The notes: generated by a model from the sequence alone, not told the origin. Shown: positions 29,105-40,627, counted from the first letter of the stretch. The stretch is DNA of 48,472 bases from Desulfobacca acetoxidans (GCA_020722205.1 DYLF01000007.1:1-48472); one strand, 5' to 3'. Numbers and translations: made by a program.

Positions 29105-31459
29105 TCAGGGAGTCGGGGCTGGTTCATTGGCAGCCGCTTCCTGATAGCCGCAACCCTCTCGGGGGCAGACCCATTTCTTGCCCTTCTGCCGCAGCCACGG
29201 GAAGCCACACTGCGGGCAAGCCTTGGCCAGGAGGGGGTAGTTGAGGGTGTAGGAACAAGCGGGATAGCGGCTGCACCCGAAGAAAAAGCCCCGCCGGGAG
29301 CGCCGCTTGACCAGATGGCCGTCACAGTCGGTTTCCGGACAGGGGAGGTCCGTGTCGTTGGGCCCGTTCTCCCGGGGCACAATCCGTCCCTCTGAATCAC
29401 GGCTGAAATTCTGGGTGAACTTGCACTTGGGATAGCCGGCACAGCCAAGAAATTCCCCGCGCCCCCCCCGCCGCACCACCAGCTCTTTCTGGCATTGGGG
29501 ACAGCTCAGACCGGTTCCCGCAGCCTGAGGCCCGGCATCCTGCCCGACGCCGGAGGCTGCTGCCGCCCCGCTCCCGAGCTCGGAGGTTAACTCCGCAAGG
29601 ATGATGTTTCCCTGCGAATCCCGCCTGATATTCCGGGTAAAACTGCATTGCGGATAGCCCGCACACCCCACAAACTCACCGTTACGCCCCCAGCGTATAA
29701 CAAGTTCCCCCTGGCAGCGAGGGCAGGTCAACCCTGTAGGCAGGCTCTTGACCCGACGCATCCGGCTCCGGGCTTCCTCCAGGGCCTGCGAAAAAGGCCC
29801 ATAAAAACGGCGCATCACCTCCTGCCAGGGCACTTCCCCCTCAGCCACCCGGTCCAAATCCTCCTCCATATGGGCGGTAAATTTGGGATCCATGACCTCG
29901 GGAAAGTTTTCCACCAACAGATCGCTGACCACCAGCCCCAACTCCGTGGGGCGCAAATGCGTCTTGAGTTTCAGGATGTAGAGGCGGTCCTGCAGATTGC
30001 TCAGGATAGTGGCATAGGTGCTGGGGCGGCCGATGCCCTGCACCTCCAGCTCCTTGATCAGACTGGCCTCAGTGAACCGCGGGGGCGGTTTGGTAAAATG
30101 CCGCTGCGGGTCAAAATCCCTGAGCGTCAAAAGATCACCGACGGCAAGCAGCGGCAGCTTGGCCGCTTTCTCGCCGTTCCCCTCCTCTTCCTGAGTTTCC
30201 TGGTAAAGGCTCATAAAGCCCGGGAACTGCAACACGGCAGCACCGGCCCTGAAGAGATAGTCAGCCGCCTTAATGTCCACCGTCGTCTGGTGATAAATGG
30301 CCGCCGCCATCTGGGAAGCCACAAACCGCCGCCAGATCAGATCGTACAGGGCCAGCTCATCCTTCTTCAAATACCTTTTCAGATCCTCGGGCCGCCTTAA
30401 AACGCTGGTGGGCCGGATGGCCTCGTGAGCTTCCTGAGCTCCCCGGGGGCTCTTGTACTTGTGGGGTGTTTTGGGAAGATATTCCTGGCCGAAGGTCTCC
30501 CTGATGAAGCCCCGCACTGCCCCCAGAGCTTCTGCCGCCACCCGCGTGGAGTCCGTGCGCATATAGGTGATCAGTCCCACCGGCCCCTCCGGCCCCAGTT
30601 CAATCCCTTCATAAAGCCGCTGGGCCAGCCGCATGGTCCGGGACGGAGCCAGACGAAGTTTGCGGGAGGCTTCCATCTGTAAACTGCTGGTGATGAACGG
30701 CGGCAAAGGAACGCGCCGGCGGGGCTTCTGCTCCACCTTGGCCACCCGGAAGTCGGCCCCTTCTAAATCTTCGATCACCTTCTCCACTTCCCCGGCATCT
30801 GTCAGCTTGATCCTTTTCCCTTGGTGGCTAGCCAGCTCCGCCACAAACGCCGGCGGCTCCCGGCCTTCCAGGCAAGCCGCCAAAGACCAGTATTCTTCCG
30901 GCACAAAGGACAAAATGGCCCGCTCCCGATCGCACACCAGACGAAGGGCCACCGACTGCACCCGCCCGGCGCTCAGACCTCTTTTCACCTTGTCCCACAA
31001 TAAGGGGCTTATCTGGTAGCCCACCAGTCGATCCAGGATGCGCCGGGCCTGCTGGGAATCATAACGGGGCCGGTGCAGCTCCCCCGGCGCCGCCAACGCC
31101 GAGAAAATCGCCTCCTTGGTCAGTTCCATGAACAAAACCCGATGAAAACGGCGATCCTTCGACCCCAAGGCCTCAGCAATATGCCAGGCGATGGCCTCCC
31201 CTTCCCGGTCCGGGTCCGGTCCCAGATAGATATCCCTGATACCTGCGGCCGCCTTTTTCAGCTCCTCGATAACCTTGGCCTTCCCCAGGATGGTGACGTA
31301 CTGGGGGCGGAAATCATGCTCCAGGTCCACCCCCAACTCGTTCTTGGGCAAATCTTTGATATGCCCCTGACTCGCGCACACCTTGAACTCGGCACCCAAA
31401 TATTTTTGCAGGGTCTTGGCCTTGGTGGGTGATTCGACAATCAACAGTGACTTTGCCAT
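29105..31459 (-). CDS. topA: DNA topoisomerase I with C-terminal zinc ribbons
   Basis: LIVESPTKAKT, DPDREGEAIAWH, SAGRVQS, GLITYMRTDS, QEAHEAIRPT, GIGRPSTYA; repeated C4 zinc ribbons. Confidence 0.98.
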   Translation of the reverse strand: MAKSLLIVESPTKAKTLQKYLGAEFKVCASQGHIKDLPKNELGVDLEHDFRPQYVTILGKAKVIEELKKAAAGIRDIYLGPDPDREGEAIAWHIAEALGSKDRRFHRVLFMELTKEAIFSALAAPGELHRPRYDSQQARRILDRLVGYQISPLLWDKVKRGLSAGRVQSVALRLVCDRERAILSFVPEEYWSLAACLEGREPPAFVAELASHQGKRIKLTDAGEVEKVIEDLEGADFRVAKVEQKPRRRVPLPPFITSSLQMEASRKLRLAPSRTMRLAQRLYEGIELGPEGPVGLITYMRTDSTRVAAEALGAVRGFIRETFGQEYLPKTPHKYKSPRGAQEAHEAIRPTSVLRRPEDLKRYLKKDELALYDLIWRRFVASQMAAAIYHQTTVDIKAADYLFRAGAAVLQFPGFMSLYQETQEEEGNGEKAAKLPLLAVGDLLTLRDFDPQRHFTKPPPRFTEASLIKELEVQGIGRPSTYATILSNLQDRLYILKLKTHLRPTELGLVVSDLLVENFPEVMDPKFTAHMEEDLDRVAEGEVPWQEVMRRFYGPFSQALEEARSRMRRVKSLPTGLTCPRCQGELVIRWGRNGEFVGCAGYPQCSFTRNIRRDSQGNIILAELTSELGSGAAAASGVGQDAGPQAAGTGLSCPQCQKELVVRRGGRGEFLGCAGYPKCKFTQNFSRDSEGRIVPRENGPNDTDLPCPETDCDGHLVKRRSRRGFFFGCSRYPACSYTLNYPLLAKACPQCGFPWLRQKGKKWVCPREGCGYQEAAANEPAPTP

Positions 31460-31466
31460 AGAAATA

Positions 31467-31487
31467 GTTTTCAGTTCTCGGTTTTCA
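31467..31487. repeat. Heptamer tandem repeat x3 immediately upstream of topA
   Basis: GTTTTCA GTTCTCG GTTTTCA. Confidence 0.5.
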
Positions 31488-31587
31488 GGAAAAGCGTTTA
31501 GGCCAAAGATGCCATTATCATAAAAACCCTCGCTTCAAAGATCGGCGGACGGCAGTTGATCGCTTCGGTTGGCTAAACCAAGGTATG

Positions 31588-32676
31588 TCAACCTTCCAGG
31601 ACATAACACTGGCCGGGCAACTCCCGGATCAACCCCTGCAGTTCCAGCATGGTGACCCGGCTCATGACTTCCGGGGCTGACAACCCGGAGGCTTGGACCA
31701 ACTCTTCCAACTGAACAGGTTCAGTCCCCAGGATGTCAAGTACCGGGTCATCCACTGTGAGTCGCGGGGAGGCGGGGGGAGCGCTTTTGGCGGAAGCTTG
31801 GAAGGTGGGGGAAATCTCTTCCAGGATATCCCGCACGTCGTGTACCAGCTTGGCGCCTTGCTGAATAAGGCGGTGAGCACCAGCACTGGTGGGGGAATTG
31901 ATGGGGCCGGGCACCGCCATGACTTCCCGGCCTTGCTCCAAGGCCCGGTCGGCAGTGATAAGAGCCCCGCTCTTAAGCGGCGCTTCCACCACCACCACCC
32001 CCCGGGACAGGCCGCTGATGAGGCGGTTGCGAATGGGAAAATTATGCGGCTCCGGCGGCGTCCCCAAGGGAAACTCGCTGATCAAAGCCCCCTGCTGGGG
32101 GATGCGGCGATAAAACTCCCGGTTTTCCGGGGGATAGACTACGTCCAAACCGCAGCCCAACACGGCCAGGGTGCGCCCCCCACCCTCCAGCGCCCCCTGG
32201 TGGGCCGCAATATCAATGCCCCGGGCCAAACCGCTCACCACTGTAACCTTCTGAGCTGTCAAATCCCGGGCCAGGCTGCGGCTTACCCTCATCCCATAAT
32301 GGCTGGCCTGGCGGGTGCCCACCAGCGCCACCGCCAAGTCATCTTCAGGTCGAAGATCACCTTGGACGAACAGAAAAGACGGTGGATACCCAATATTCTT
32401 CAAGCGCTCGGGGTAGCGCCCGTCATCTAAGGTGACAAGTTCTATACCCAGGTTCTGCAGGCGAAAAAGCTGAGCCTCCACCTGATCCCAATCCCGAAAG
32501 TTGACAATAGCCCTGACCACTGACGGAGATATGCCCTTGACGGCAGCGAGTTCTTTCTGTGAAGCTTCAAATACTGCCGCCGGACTGCCAAACTTAAGGA
32601 GCAGGCGTCGAAACAGCACCAGTCCCACCCCGGAAATACCTCGCAGAGCCAGCCACGGAAGCTTGTTCATCATCAT
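31588..32676 (-). CDS. dprA: DNA-processing protein DprA/Smf
   Basis: VGTR.AS.YG, VSGLARGID..AH, FP.RNRLISGLS, SGALITA, C-terminal LEL.G winged helix. Confidence 0.96.
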   Translation of the reverse strand: MMMNKLPWLALRGISGVGLVLFRRLLLKFGSPAAVFEASQKELAAVKGISPSVVRAIVNFRDWDQVEAQLFRLQNLGIELVTLDDGRYPERLKNIGYPPSFLFVQGDLRPEDDLAVALVGTRQASHYGMRVSRSLARDLTAQKVTVVSGLARGIDIAAHQGALEGGGRTLAVLGCGLDVVYPPENREFYRRIPQQGALISEFPLGTPPEPHNFPIRNRLISGLSRGVVVVEAPLKSGALITADRALEQGREVMAVPGPINSPTSAGAHRLIQQGAKLVHDVRDILEEISPTFQASAKSAPPASPRLTVDDPVLDILGTEPVQLEELVQASGLSAPEVMSRVTMLELQGLIRELPGQCYVLEG

Positions 32677-32746
32677 CGTCTGAGTGAGCCTGAACCATCA
32701 GCGCAATCTTTCACTGCCTAAGACTCACTGCTTGACCTTTCCCTCC

Positions 32747-34975
32747 TTATTCCACTGAGATCTCATATCCTTCACTTAACTGCCTCTCAATGGCTTGCGC
32801 CCGGGGGATAAGTTCCTGGAGCCGTGCCAAACCGGCCCGACGCTCCTCCTCGGCCTGCCGGGTGGCGGCAGCCAACCCCGCCAGATCCGCCACCAGCGAA
32901 CCCAGATAGTTTTCCCAATCAATCTCCTGTTTCCTGGCATAATAATCTATTAAGGGGAAGAAATACCGGAATTTCAAACGCTCGCCATAGTCCAGCACCT
33001 GAAGCCTTGCCTGCTCCAGAAACCAAGTCTGCATGGCCGCCAAGGCCCGCTGCAACTCGCCCAGCACCTGAGCCCGGGGGTCGGTCACCGCCTTAACGCC
33101 CAGCCGGCCCTTGACATACCGCCAAGCTCGCTTGAAAACTTCCAGGCCGGAACGCACATAGGCTTCACCGGCCCAACGCCACCCCTGCTCCACTTGGAAG
33201 GTCATGACCGGCAGCTCCAGGTTCTGGGGGGGCGGCGGGAATTCCAGCGCAGGCGCCGCCAAAGAAGCCGCTAAGCCCAAGGCGGCAATCTCCCGATAAT
33301 ACAGGGTCAGGGCTTCCTGCAAGGCCAGGGATAATGGCGTGCAAATCTGGGCCAATTCCTGCCGCACTTGAGTTTCTTGGGCCCGAATGAATTCCAACAC
33401 CTGCCTGGTGAATTCGCCGGCCACAAACCGGCCCACCTCTTTCTGGAATTCCTGAAACATCTGATAGAGCAGCAGGCGAAAAGGCCTGGCGTTCTCTGGC
33501 GGCACCAACTCCCGCCAATCCGGTTCATATCCCCGGATAAACCCAGCGAGAGAGGACGCCAGCCCGCTCTGCAGGTCCAGCGCGCCGGTGATTTGCCCCT
33601 TCAACACCTGTTTAAGATGGTCACCGGCTCCCTTCAGGGTCTGTTTAATGCTGTGCCGGGTGGCCTCCAGGGGCTGGCGGCGCTCCCGCAACCGCTGGGC
33701 CAATTCCTGAAAAGCCGACTGATCCCGGCTAAGCAGGTCCTGTACCAAACCCAGTTGCTCCGCCAGTCCCTTGGCCACCATGCGCGCTTGGGCCAGGCTC
33801 CCCCCTGACAGTCGTTGGCTTCGCAGTTTCTGAATAGCGCCGGTGAAATCAGCCGAGAACCTCTGCGCTTCAGAGTCGCTGAACGCCAGCATGCCGCCCT
33901 TCCCAGCCCAGACCGACAGCAGGGCGCCCTCTGGGGTGTCCAACTTTTCCCCCCGCTCCTGACGCCGCTCAAAAAGCAACTTCAGGGCGGAGAAGGCATA
34001 AAGGGCTGCCCCCGATACCACCGCCGAAATTTCCTCCCCGCTCCTCTTGATTAGGCTGTTGATTTCCTCAAGATTACGATGTTCCGTCAGGTCCAAGTTG
34101 ATGATAAACCGGATATAAGGGGCCAACCCCAGGCGCTTGAGCTCGCCCAGGAAGTGAAAGTCCGCCTGTCTGAGTCCCACCCGGGAACTGACAAGATAGA
34201 GCACCAAGTCGCATCTTAACAGGTAGGTCAATACCTGAGCCAAGTGCTGCGGCATCGGCGAATCGCTCCCTTGACAGTCCCCCAGTTCCAGGCCGACCGG
34301 CAACCAGGGACTGGGTATCGTGAGAGAAACGTCCTTGAGGTAAACGGCAGTGGCCTGCCGGCTCACCAGCTCTTGATGGCTCGAAAGCGAGGGGCCGACC
34401 AGGGTATGGAGGCTCCCCTGGGATAGATAGTCGGCCACCAGGGGGTAGCCTTCCAGGTAGGCCTTGAGGAGAAGATAATCCTGGTTCAGACTGCCGCCGC
34501 GCCAGTAACCGGCAGTCTCCCCGTCCGCCAAAATCTGAGACAACAGCTCCCGGTCTGAATCATTTCTCAGGTCCAAGGGGGAAGCGCGCTCAACCAGCCT
34601 GTCGTTGGGCAACAAACCCAGGGATTGAGCCACCTCGCCGTGAATCTCCTCCCAGCCCTTAAACCTGAGGACGGCCTGCGGTTCCGACCCGGAAATTACC
34701 CGCGTCACCATGGCCGTCAGGATACCGGCTCCCCGCGCTAGCACGTCATGCCCCACTAAGGCGTTCACCAGGGTGCTTTTACCGGCTTTCACCGTACCCA
34801 CCACCGCCACCCGGAGACAATCTTCCCAGAGATGAGCCTGCACCTGTGAGAGTACCTTAAGCCAGTGTTGGGCCGGAGACTCCGCCTGTGGAAAGATCTG
34901 GCTCCAGGCCCATGCCATCTCCTTTAAATCATCGAGACAGCGGTTGACTTGTTGGGTGGTGGAATCAGCAGGCAC
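32747..34975 (-). CDS. Bacterial dynamin-like GTPase
   Basis: G1 VAVVGTVKAGKSTLVNAL, G2 ILTAMVT, G3-like LGDCQG, long helical C-terminus. Start uncertain (GTG 34975 chosen). Confidence 0.85.
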   Translation of the reverse strand: MPADSTTQQVNRCLDDLKEMAWAWSQIFPQAESPAQHWLKVLSQVQAHLWEDCLRVAVVGTVKAGKSTLVNALVGHDVLARGAGILTAMVTRVISGSEPQAVLRFKGWEEIHGEVAQSLGLLPNDRLVERASPLDLRNDSDRELLSQILADGETAGYWRGGSLNQDYLLLKAYLEGYPLVADYLSQGSLHTLVGPSLSSHQELVSRQATAVYLKDVSLTIPSPWLPVGLELGDCQGSDSPMPQHLAQVLTYLLRCDLVLYLVSSRVGLRQADFHFLGELKRLGLAPYIRFIINLDLTEHRNLEEINSLIKRSGEEISAVVSGAALYAFSALKLLFERRQERGEKLDTPEGALLSVWAGKGGMLAFSDSEAQRFSADFTGAIQKLRSQRLSGGSLAQARMVAKGLAEQLGLVQDLLSRDQSAFQELAQRLRERRQPLEATRHSIKQTLKGAGDHLKQVLKGQITGALDLQSGLASSLAGFIRGYEPDWRELVPPENARPFRLLLYQMFQEFQKEVGRFVAGEFTRQVLEFIRAQETQVRQELAQICTPLSLALQEALTLYYREIAALGLAASLAAPALEFPPPPQNLELPVMTFQVEQGWRWAGEAYVRSGLEVFKRAWRYVKGRLGVKAVTDPRAQVLGELQRALAAMQTWFLEQARLQVLDYGERLKFRYFFPLIDYYARKQEIDWENYLGSLVADLAGLAAATRQAEEERRAGLARLQELIPRAQAIERQLSEGYEISVE

Positions 34976-35006
34976 ACCAAGTTCCGTACTAGGCAGCAAC
35001 AAGCAC

Positions 35007-35342
35007 TTACCCGGATTTCTTTGGGGCAAAACCGGCTATGTAGCCGCGTCCCACCTCTACCCTGATCTTATCCGCAATTTCGAGGGTCAAAGTGTTATCG
35101 CCCAGCGCCGTGATTTCCCCGCACAGCCCCCCCGCGGTGATCACCCGATCACCCCGCTTCAGATTCTCCAGGAACTGCTTGTGCTCCTTCGCCTTGCGTT
35201 GTTGCGGGCGAATCAACAGGAAGTAAAAGATCCCGACCATGAGGACCATCGGCACTACAAAGGTCCACATGGCGCCGCCTGCTTCAGGTGCACCGGCACC
35301 GGCCGCGTAAGCCCAATTTACCACGTGTTCTTCCTCCTCCAA
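35007..35342 (-). CDS. yajC: Preprotein translocase subunit YajC
   Basis: IFYFLLIRPQQRK.KEH, LKRGDRVITAGG; start uncertain. Confidence 0.95.
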   Translation of the reverse strand: MEEEEHVVNWAYAAGAGAPEAGGAMWTFVVPMVLMVGIFYFLLIRPQQRKAKEHKQFLENLKRGDRVITAGGLCGEITALGDNTLTLEIADKIRVEVGRGYIAGFAPKKSG

Positions 35343-35368
35343 AAAAGTTCAACGTCAACTAGGTGAGG

Positions 35369-36478
<1,110 letters not shown>

Positions 36479-36564
36479 CTAGTCTAAAGGTAAGATTAGT
36501 TCATTAGACAGAATTATTCACCAAAGAAGTCTGCGTCCCTTCCATTTGGCCACTCGCCTTGGGG

Positions 36565-37617
36565 TCAAATTATCAACATGGCGTCGCCGTAACTATAAAA
36601 ACGGTATTTTTGTTCAATGGCCGCTTGATAGGCCGCCAAGATCAACTCCCGCCCGGCAAAAGCGCTCACCAGCAGCAATAAGGTGGAGCGGGGCAGGTGA
36701 AAATTGGTGAGCAGACGATCCACCGTTTTGAACTGATAGCCCGGGTAGATATAGAGGTCGCACCAGCCATGGCTTGCGTTGAAACCTTGAGGTGAGGCGC
36801 AGTACTCCAGCACCCTGACCGTCGTAGTGCCCACCGCCACCAGGCGTTGGCCCCGGTCTTTGGCGTTATTGAGCCTGGCTGCGGTCTGACCTGACAACTC
36901 AAAATATTCCGGCTGCAGACGGTGTCTGGTAAAGTCGGCCAAGCGCACCGGCAGGAAGGTTCCGACTCCCACATGCAGGGTGATGGTGGCCACCTCCGTG
37001 CCGCGCCGAGCCAACTCCTCTAGTATCTCCTCCGTAAAGTGCAGCCCGGCGGTGGGACAGGCGATGGCTCCCGGACAGCGGGCGAACACCGTCTGATAGC
37101 GCTCCCAATCAACCTCCTCCGGTGGTCTCCTAAGATATGGCGGCAAAGGCACTTCTCCATAAATGTTGACGGCTTGGTGAACCGACTGAGATGAAGATTG
37201 AAACAACAAGGTGCTCCCCTGAGAGTCACAGGAGATGATGTCGGCCCATAAATCCGGGCCGAAAACCAACCTCTGGCCGACTCTGAGGCGATGCCCCCTG
37301 ATGAACGCCCTGACTTTGGCCTTTCTGGGGGAAGCCCCGTTATCCACTGCTTCCGGCAGGTGATGAAGCAGGACTTCCACTCTGCCGCCACTCTTCTTTA
37401 CCCCCCGCAGACGGGCCGGAAAGACCTGGGTGTTGTTGGCCACCAGGAGGTCGTCCTCGTCGAGCCAGCTAAACAGGTCCTGAAATTGGGCGTGACACCA
37501 TCGGCCCTTACCTCGATCCACTACCAAAAGCCGGGAATCCTGCCGGCGGGCCAATGGATAGCGGGCAATCAGTTCCGGCGGCAAGTGATAATCGTATTCG
37601 TCGATCCGGGTATTCAT
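36565..37617 (-). CDS. queA: S-adenosylmethionine:tRNA ribosyltransferase-isomerase
   Basis: LP.ELIA, PLPPY, RYQTV, PTAGLHF, LHVG.GTF, TNFHLP.STL, YRFYSYGDAM. Confidence 0.98.
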   Translation of the reverse strand: MNTRIDEYDYHLPPELIARYPLARRQDSRLLVVDRGKGRWCHAQFQDLFSWLDEDDLLVANNTQVFPARLRGVKKSGGRVEVLLHHLPEAVDNGASPRKAKVRAFIRGHRLRVGQRLVFGPDLWADIISCDSQGSTLLFQSSSQSVHQAVNIYGEVPLPPYLRRPPEEVDWERYQTVFARCPGAIACPTAGLHFTEEILEELARRGTEVATITLHVGVGTFLPVRLADFTRHRLQPEYFELSGQTAARLNNAKDRGQRLVAVGTTTVRVLEYCASPQGFNASHGWCDLYIYPGYQFKTVDRLLTNFHLPRSTLLLLVSAFAGRELILAAYQAAIEQKYRFYSYGDAMLII

Positions 37618-37738
37618 AAACTAAAAAATATCTAAAATACAACCCCTCCGATATCCAGGCTGGTGCACCTGTCAGCGATAATAGTTATAATCAATAATTC
37701 TATAAGGCAACAGATTTCTCATCAGGAGAGCAATCCGG

Positions 37739-38419
37739 ATGAACCTTCTTTGCTTGTTGTTTCTGTCTGTTTGGCTGATTTGGCCTGGTAATCTGTGGGC
37801 CGGCCCGACTCCTCAGGAGGTCATGACCCGGGTGCAGGCCCAGTATGATCGCACCTCCGGGTTCAAAGCCCACTTTCGCCAAACCTCCCGCCTCCGGGCC
37901 GTCAACCAGGAGGACACGGCGGAGGGCTGGCTTTATTTCCAGAAGCCCTGCCGCATGCGCTGGCAATACGAGACCCCTCCCGAACAGCAGAAAGAAATAA
38001 TTACCGATGGCCGGGAGGTCTGGCTGTATAATCCTCAGGACAATGTGGCGATGGTGTACCCTCTGAACCAGGTTTTACGGTCAGACCTGGTCATGCGGTT
38101 CTTTTCCGGCATGGGAAAATTTCGCCAGGACTTTGAGATATCGTGGCGCCGCCCACCGGACCAGTCTTTGCACTTTATCATCGACCTGTATCCCAAAGTC
38201 AGCCGCCCAGAGGTGAAGCGTCTCACCCTGACCATTAACCCCCAAACCTATCTGGTGGAAAATTTGGAATTCAGCAATGCCCTGGGGGAAGAGACCAGAT
38301 TTACCTTCTCCCGCTTGAGTATGGATGCTCGGCACCCCGCGGGCTTCTTTACCTTCACTCCACCGCCGGGAGTGCGGGTCGTCAGGGAGCGAGCCCAAGG
38401 CAACAAGGTAACAAGATAA
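37739..38419 (+). CDS. lolA: Outer-membrane lipoprotein carrier protein
   Basis: Signal peptide; F.A.F.Q, G.LYFQKP..MRW.Y, DG..VW.Y.P, F.F.PP.GV.V. Confidence 0.9.
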   Translation: MNLLCLLFLSVWLIWPGNLWAGPTPQEVMTRVQAQYDRTSGFKAHFRQTSRLRAVNQEDTAEGWLYFQKPCRMRWQYETPPEQQKEIITDGREVWLYNPQDNVAMVYPLNQVLRSDLVMRFFSGMGKFRQDFEISWRRPPDQSLHFIIDLYPKVSRPEVKRLTLTINPQTYLVENLEFSNALGEETRFTFSRLSMDARHPAGFFTFTPPPGVRVVRERAQGNKVTR

Positions 38420-38470
38420 ACCTATACATTACTTGGCATTGCTCCTATATGCCTAGACATTAGGTGTCAG

Positions 38471-39385
38471 ATGAGTCTTACCACTTTGCGGCAAGAAATC
38501 CGCCACTGGCTCCGGAAAAGACGGGCTATACTCTTGGCCCACAATTATCAGCCACCGGAGATTCAGGATCTGGCCGATTATTTGGGAGATTCCTTGGCCT
38601 TATCCATGATGGCGGCCAACACCCCGGCGGAAGTAATCGTCTTTTGCGGCGTCCATTTCATGGCGGAGACCGCCGCCATTCTCTGCCCGAACAAAACGGT
38701 GTTGCTGCCGCGGCTGGATGTGGGCTGCTACATGGCCGACACCATCACCCCCTCGCTCCTTCGGGAGCGCAAGGCCCAGCTTCCCGGGGTGCCGGTAGTC
38801 ACCTACGTCAACTCGAGCGCCGCAGTGAAAGCTGACAGCGACATCTGCTGCACCTCCGCCAATGCCATCAAGGTGGTCAACTCTTTGGACGCCCGGCGGG
38901 TGCTGATGGTGCCGGACCGCAATCTGGCTCTTTACACCGCCAGGCATACGGACAAAGAGGTGCTGAACTGGGAGGGTTGCTGCAACATTCACGACCGCCT
39001 CAGCGCCGCCGAAGTGCTGGCCTGTCGGCAGGCCCATCCCGAGGCCATCTTCCTCGCGCACCCGGAATGCCGCCCCGCAGTCCTGGACCTGGCGGACGTG
39101 ATTCGCAGCACCAGCGGCATGTTGGCCTATGTGCGACGGGCAAAGGCGACGGCATTCATCATCGGCACCGAAAGAGGCATCATCTACACTCTGCAAAAAG
39201 AAAATCCGACCAAGCAGTTCTACTCCCCTTCTCCGGGACTACTATGCCCAGACATGAAGCGCATCACCCTCCCGGATGTCCTAACGGCCCTGCAGGAAAA
39301 CCGTTATCAGATCACCATTGAAGAGGAGTGCCGGCAGCGCGCCCTGCGGGCGGTGGAGCGGATGTTGGCTGTGCCCCGGGACTGA
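38471..39385 (+). CDS. nadA: Quinolinate synthase A
   Basis: LAHNYQ, GDSL, FCGVHFMAETA, YVNSSA.VKA, CCTS.NA, HPEC, C..MK. Confidence 0.98.
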   Translation: MSLTTLRQEIRHWLRKRRAILLAHNYQPPEIQDLADYLGDSLALSMMAANTPAEVIVFCGVHFMAETAAILCPNKTVLLPRLDVGCYMADTITPSLLRERKAQLPGVPVVTYVNSSAAVKADSDICCTSANAIKVVNSLDARRVLMVPDRNLALYTARHTDKEVLNWEGCCNIHDRLSAAEVLACRQAHPEAIFLAHPECRPAVLDLADVIRSTSGMLAYVRRAKATAFIIGTERGIIYTLQKENPTKQFYSPSPGLLCPDMKRITLPDVLTALQENRYQITIEEECRQRALRAVERMLAVPRD

Positions 39386-39505
39386 TTCCCCTTCCTGCCC
39401 TTGCGTTCTTTAGGCTCCCAGGCCCCAGTTTCACTGGGAAAGAATAATCGCCAAATTAAAGGTAACTTCTTGTCTTGTCGATAAGTGTTATACCCTGGCA
39501 GAACC

Positions 39506-39521
39506 TGGCCTGCTTTTTGCT
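39506..39521 (+). promoter_or_regulatory. Candidate sigma54 (-24/-12) promoter
   Basis: TGGCCTGCTTTTTGCT, exact GG-N10-GC spacing, 40 nt upstream of the HisKA ORF. Confidence 0.6.
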
Positions 39522-39560
39522 ATTTTAATCTCTTAAAAAAAAGCAGACGAATAGTCTCGG

Positions 39561-39827
39561 GTGAAACGCATGGACGCCTCGGAAGCACTAAAAGTTATTC
39601 GGCACTCTCTGCACGACCTGGCTCAACCCTTGGCCGCGGTCACCGGGTTGGTTGACCTATTGCTCCTGGAACATCGCAACAATTGCAGTCAACCAGAAGA
39701 AATTCAGCTAATCAGTGACAAACTGGAAGAGGTGCTGGAAATTATTTCCCATATCCGGCAAACCGCTCGCGAAGCGGTGCCGGAGTTAAGTGAAGAGATA
39801 ATGCCGCCTGAGAGGCGGGTGAACTAA
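39561..39827 (+). CDS. Stand-alone HisKA/DHp (H-box) protein
   Basis: HDLAQPLAAVTGLVDLLL H-box helix plus a second helix; no CA or sensor domain. Confidence 0.7.
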   Translation: MKRMDASEALKVIRHSLHDLAQPLAAVTGLVDLLLLEHRNNCSQPEEIQLISDKLEEVLEIISHIRQTAREAVPELSEEIMPPERRVN

Positions 39828-39861
39828 CCCTCGGGGGCTCAGCCCGCAACCACGTTGATCC

Positions 39862-40314
39862 TCAAGGGGAGCTGTGCTTTAAATAACCACGTTGATTCTC
39901 AATTGCCGCCTTCACCTTCTTGGGATCAGCCACGCCGTACCACAACATCTCCTTTCCCCCCGACCGGTTTTGCAGGACCAAGTTGCCGACGTTGAGCAGG
40001 CTTTGAGTCAGGCCCCGTTTTACCTCAATCCTCCCCAGTTCCTGCCAGGCGATCTCCTGCCGGCTGGCCGGCCAGCGCCACACGTGGGCCACTCCCCGGG
40101 AGTCTGCCAGATACTCCTGTCCCCACAGCCAGTATGCCACCAAGATCAGAATAGGCACACCCAAAAGAATCCCCAGCCACTGCGGCAGCCCGGCTTCCGG
40201 GTTGATCAGGGGACCAAAAAAACATAGGAACAGCGCCACGTAATAAACGAAAAAAGCCCTGGGAGCAGGGCGCCAGCGCTGCACCTGATTGCCTTCCATG
40301 GTTGTCTGAGACAT
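39862..40314 (-). CDS. Membrane protein with a bacterial PH (bPH_2-like) domain
   Basis: Two TM helices, then I.....IEV..GL.Q.LLNVGNL and GV.DP..V. Confidence 0.75.
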   Translation of the reverse strand: MSQTTMEGNQVQRWRPAPRAFFVYYVALFLCFFGPLINPEAGLPQWLGILLGVPILILVAYWLWGQEYLADSRGVAHVWRWPASRQEIAWQELGRIEVKRGLTQSLLNVGNLVLQNRSGGKEMLWYGVADPKKVKAAIENQRGYLKHSSP

Positions 40315-40627
40315 CGTAGCACTCCCCTGTTAAGATAAGGTTAGTCCAGTTGGGCCCAGAAAATCGGCCAAGACCGCCGCACATCCGCCCGATATGGTCT
40401 CTTCCCTCAAATCCAGATACCCACAGAGGGCGTTGGTGAAGAAAAGTAATCATATATTAAGATTCTACCTAATCATTTCTCATCCGGAAAGCCCCCTTTG
40501 CCGGGACTTAGGACTCGGCACGGCCTGCCGCTACCAGTGAGGACCGAGGTTTCCGGATGGGCACCAATTAAAGTCCAATATGCCATGCGGTCTTGCTGAT
40601 GGACTGTTTTGTGGTACAGTAGGGTTG

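Noticed and set aside
29380-29745. Duplicated segment in the topA C-terminus
   Set aside because: Ordinary repeated zinc-ribbon domains of topoisomerase I
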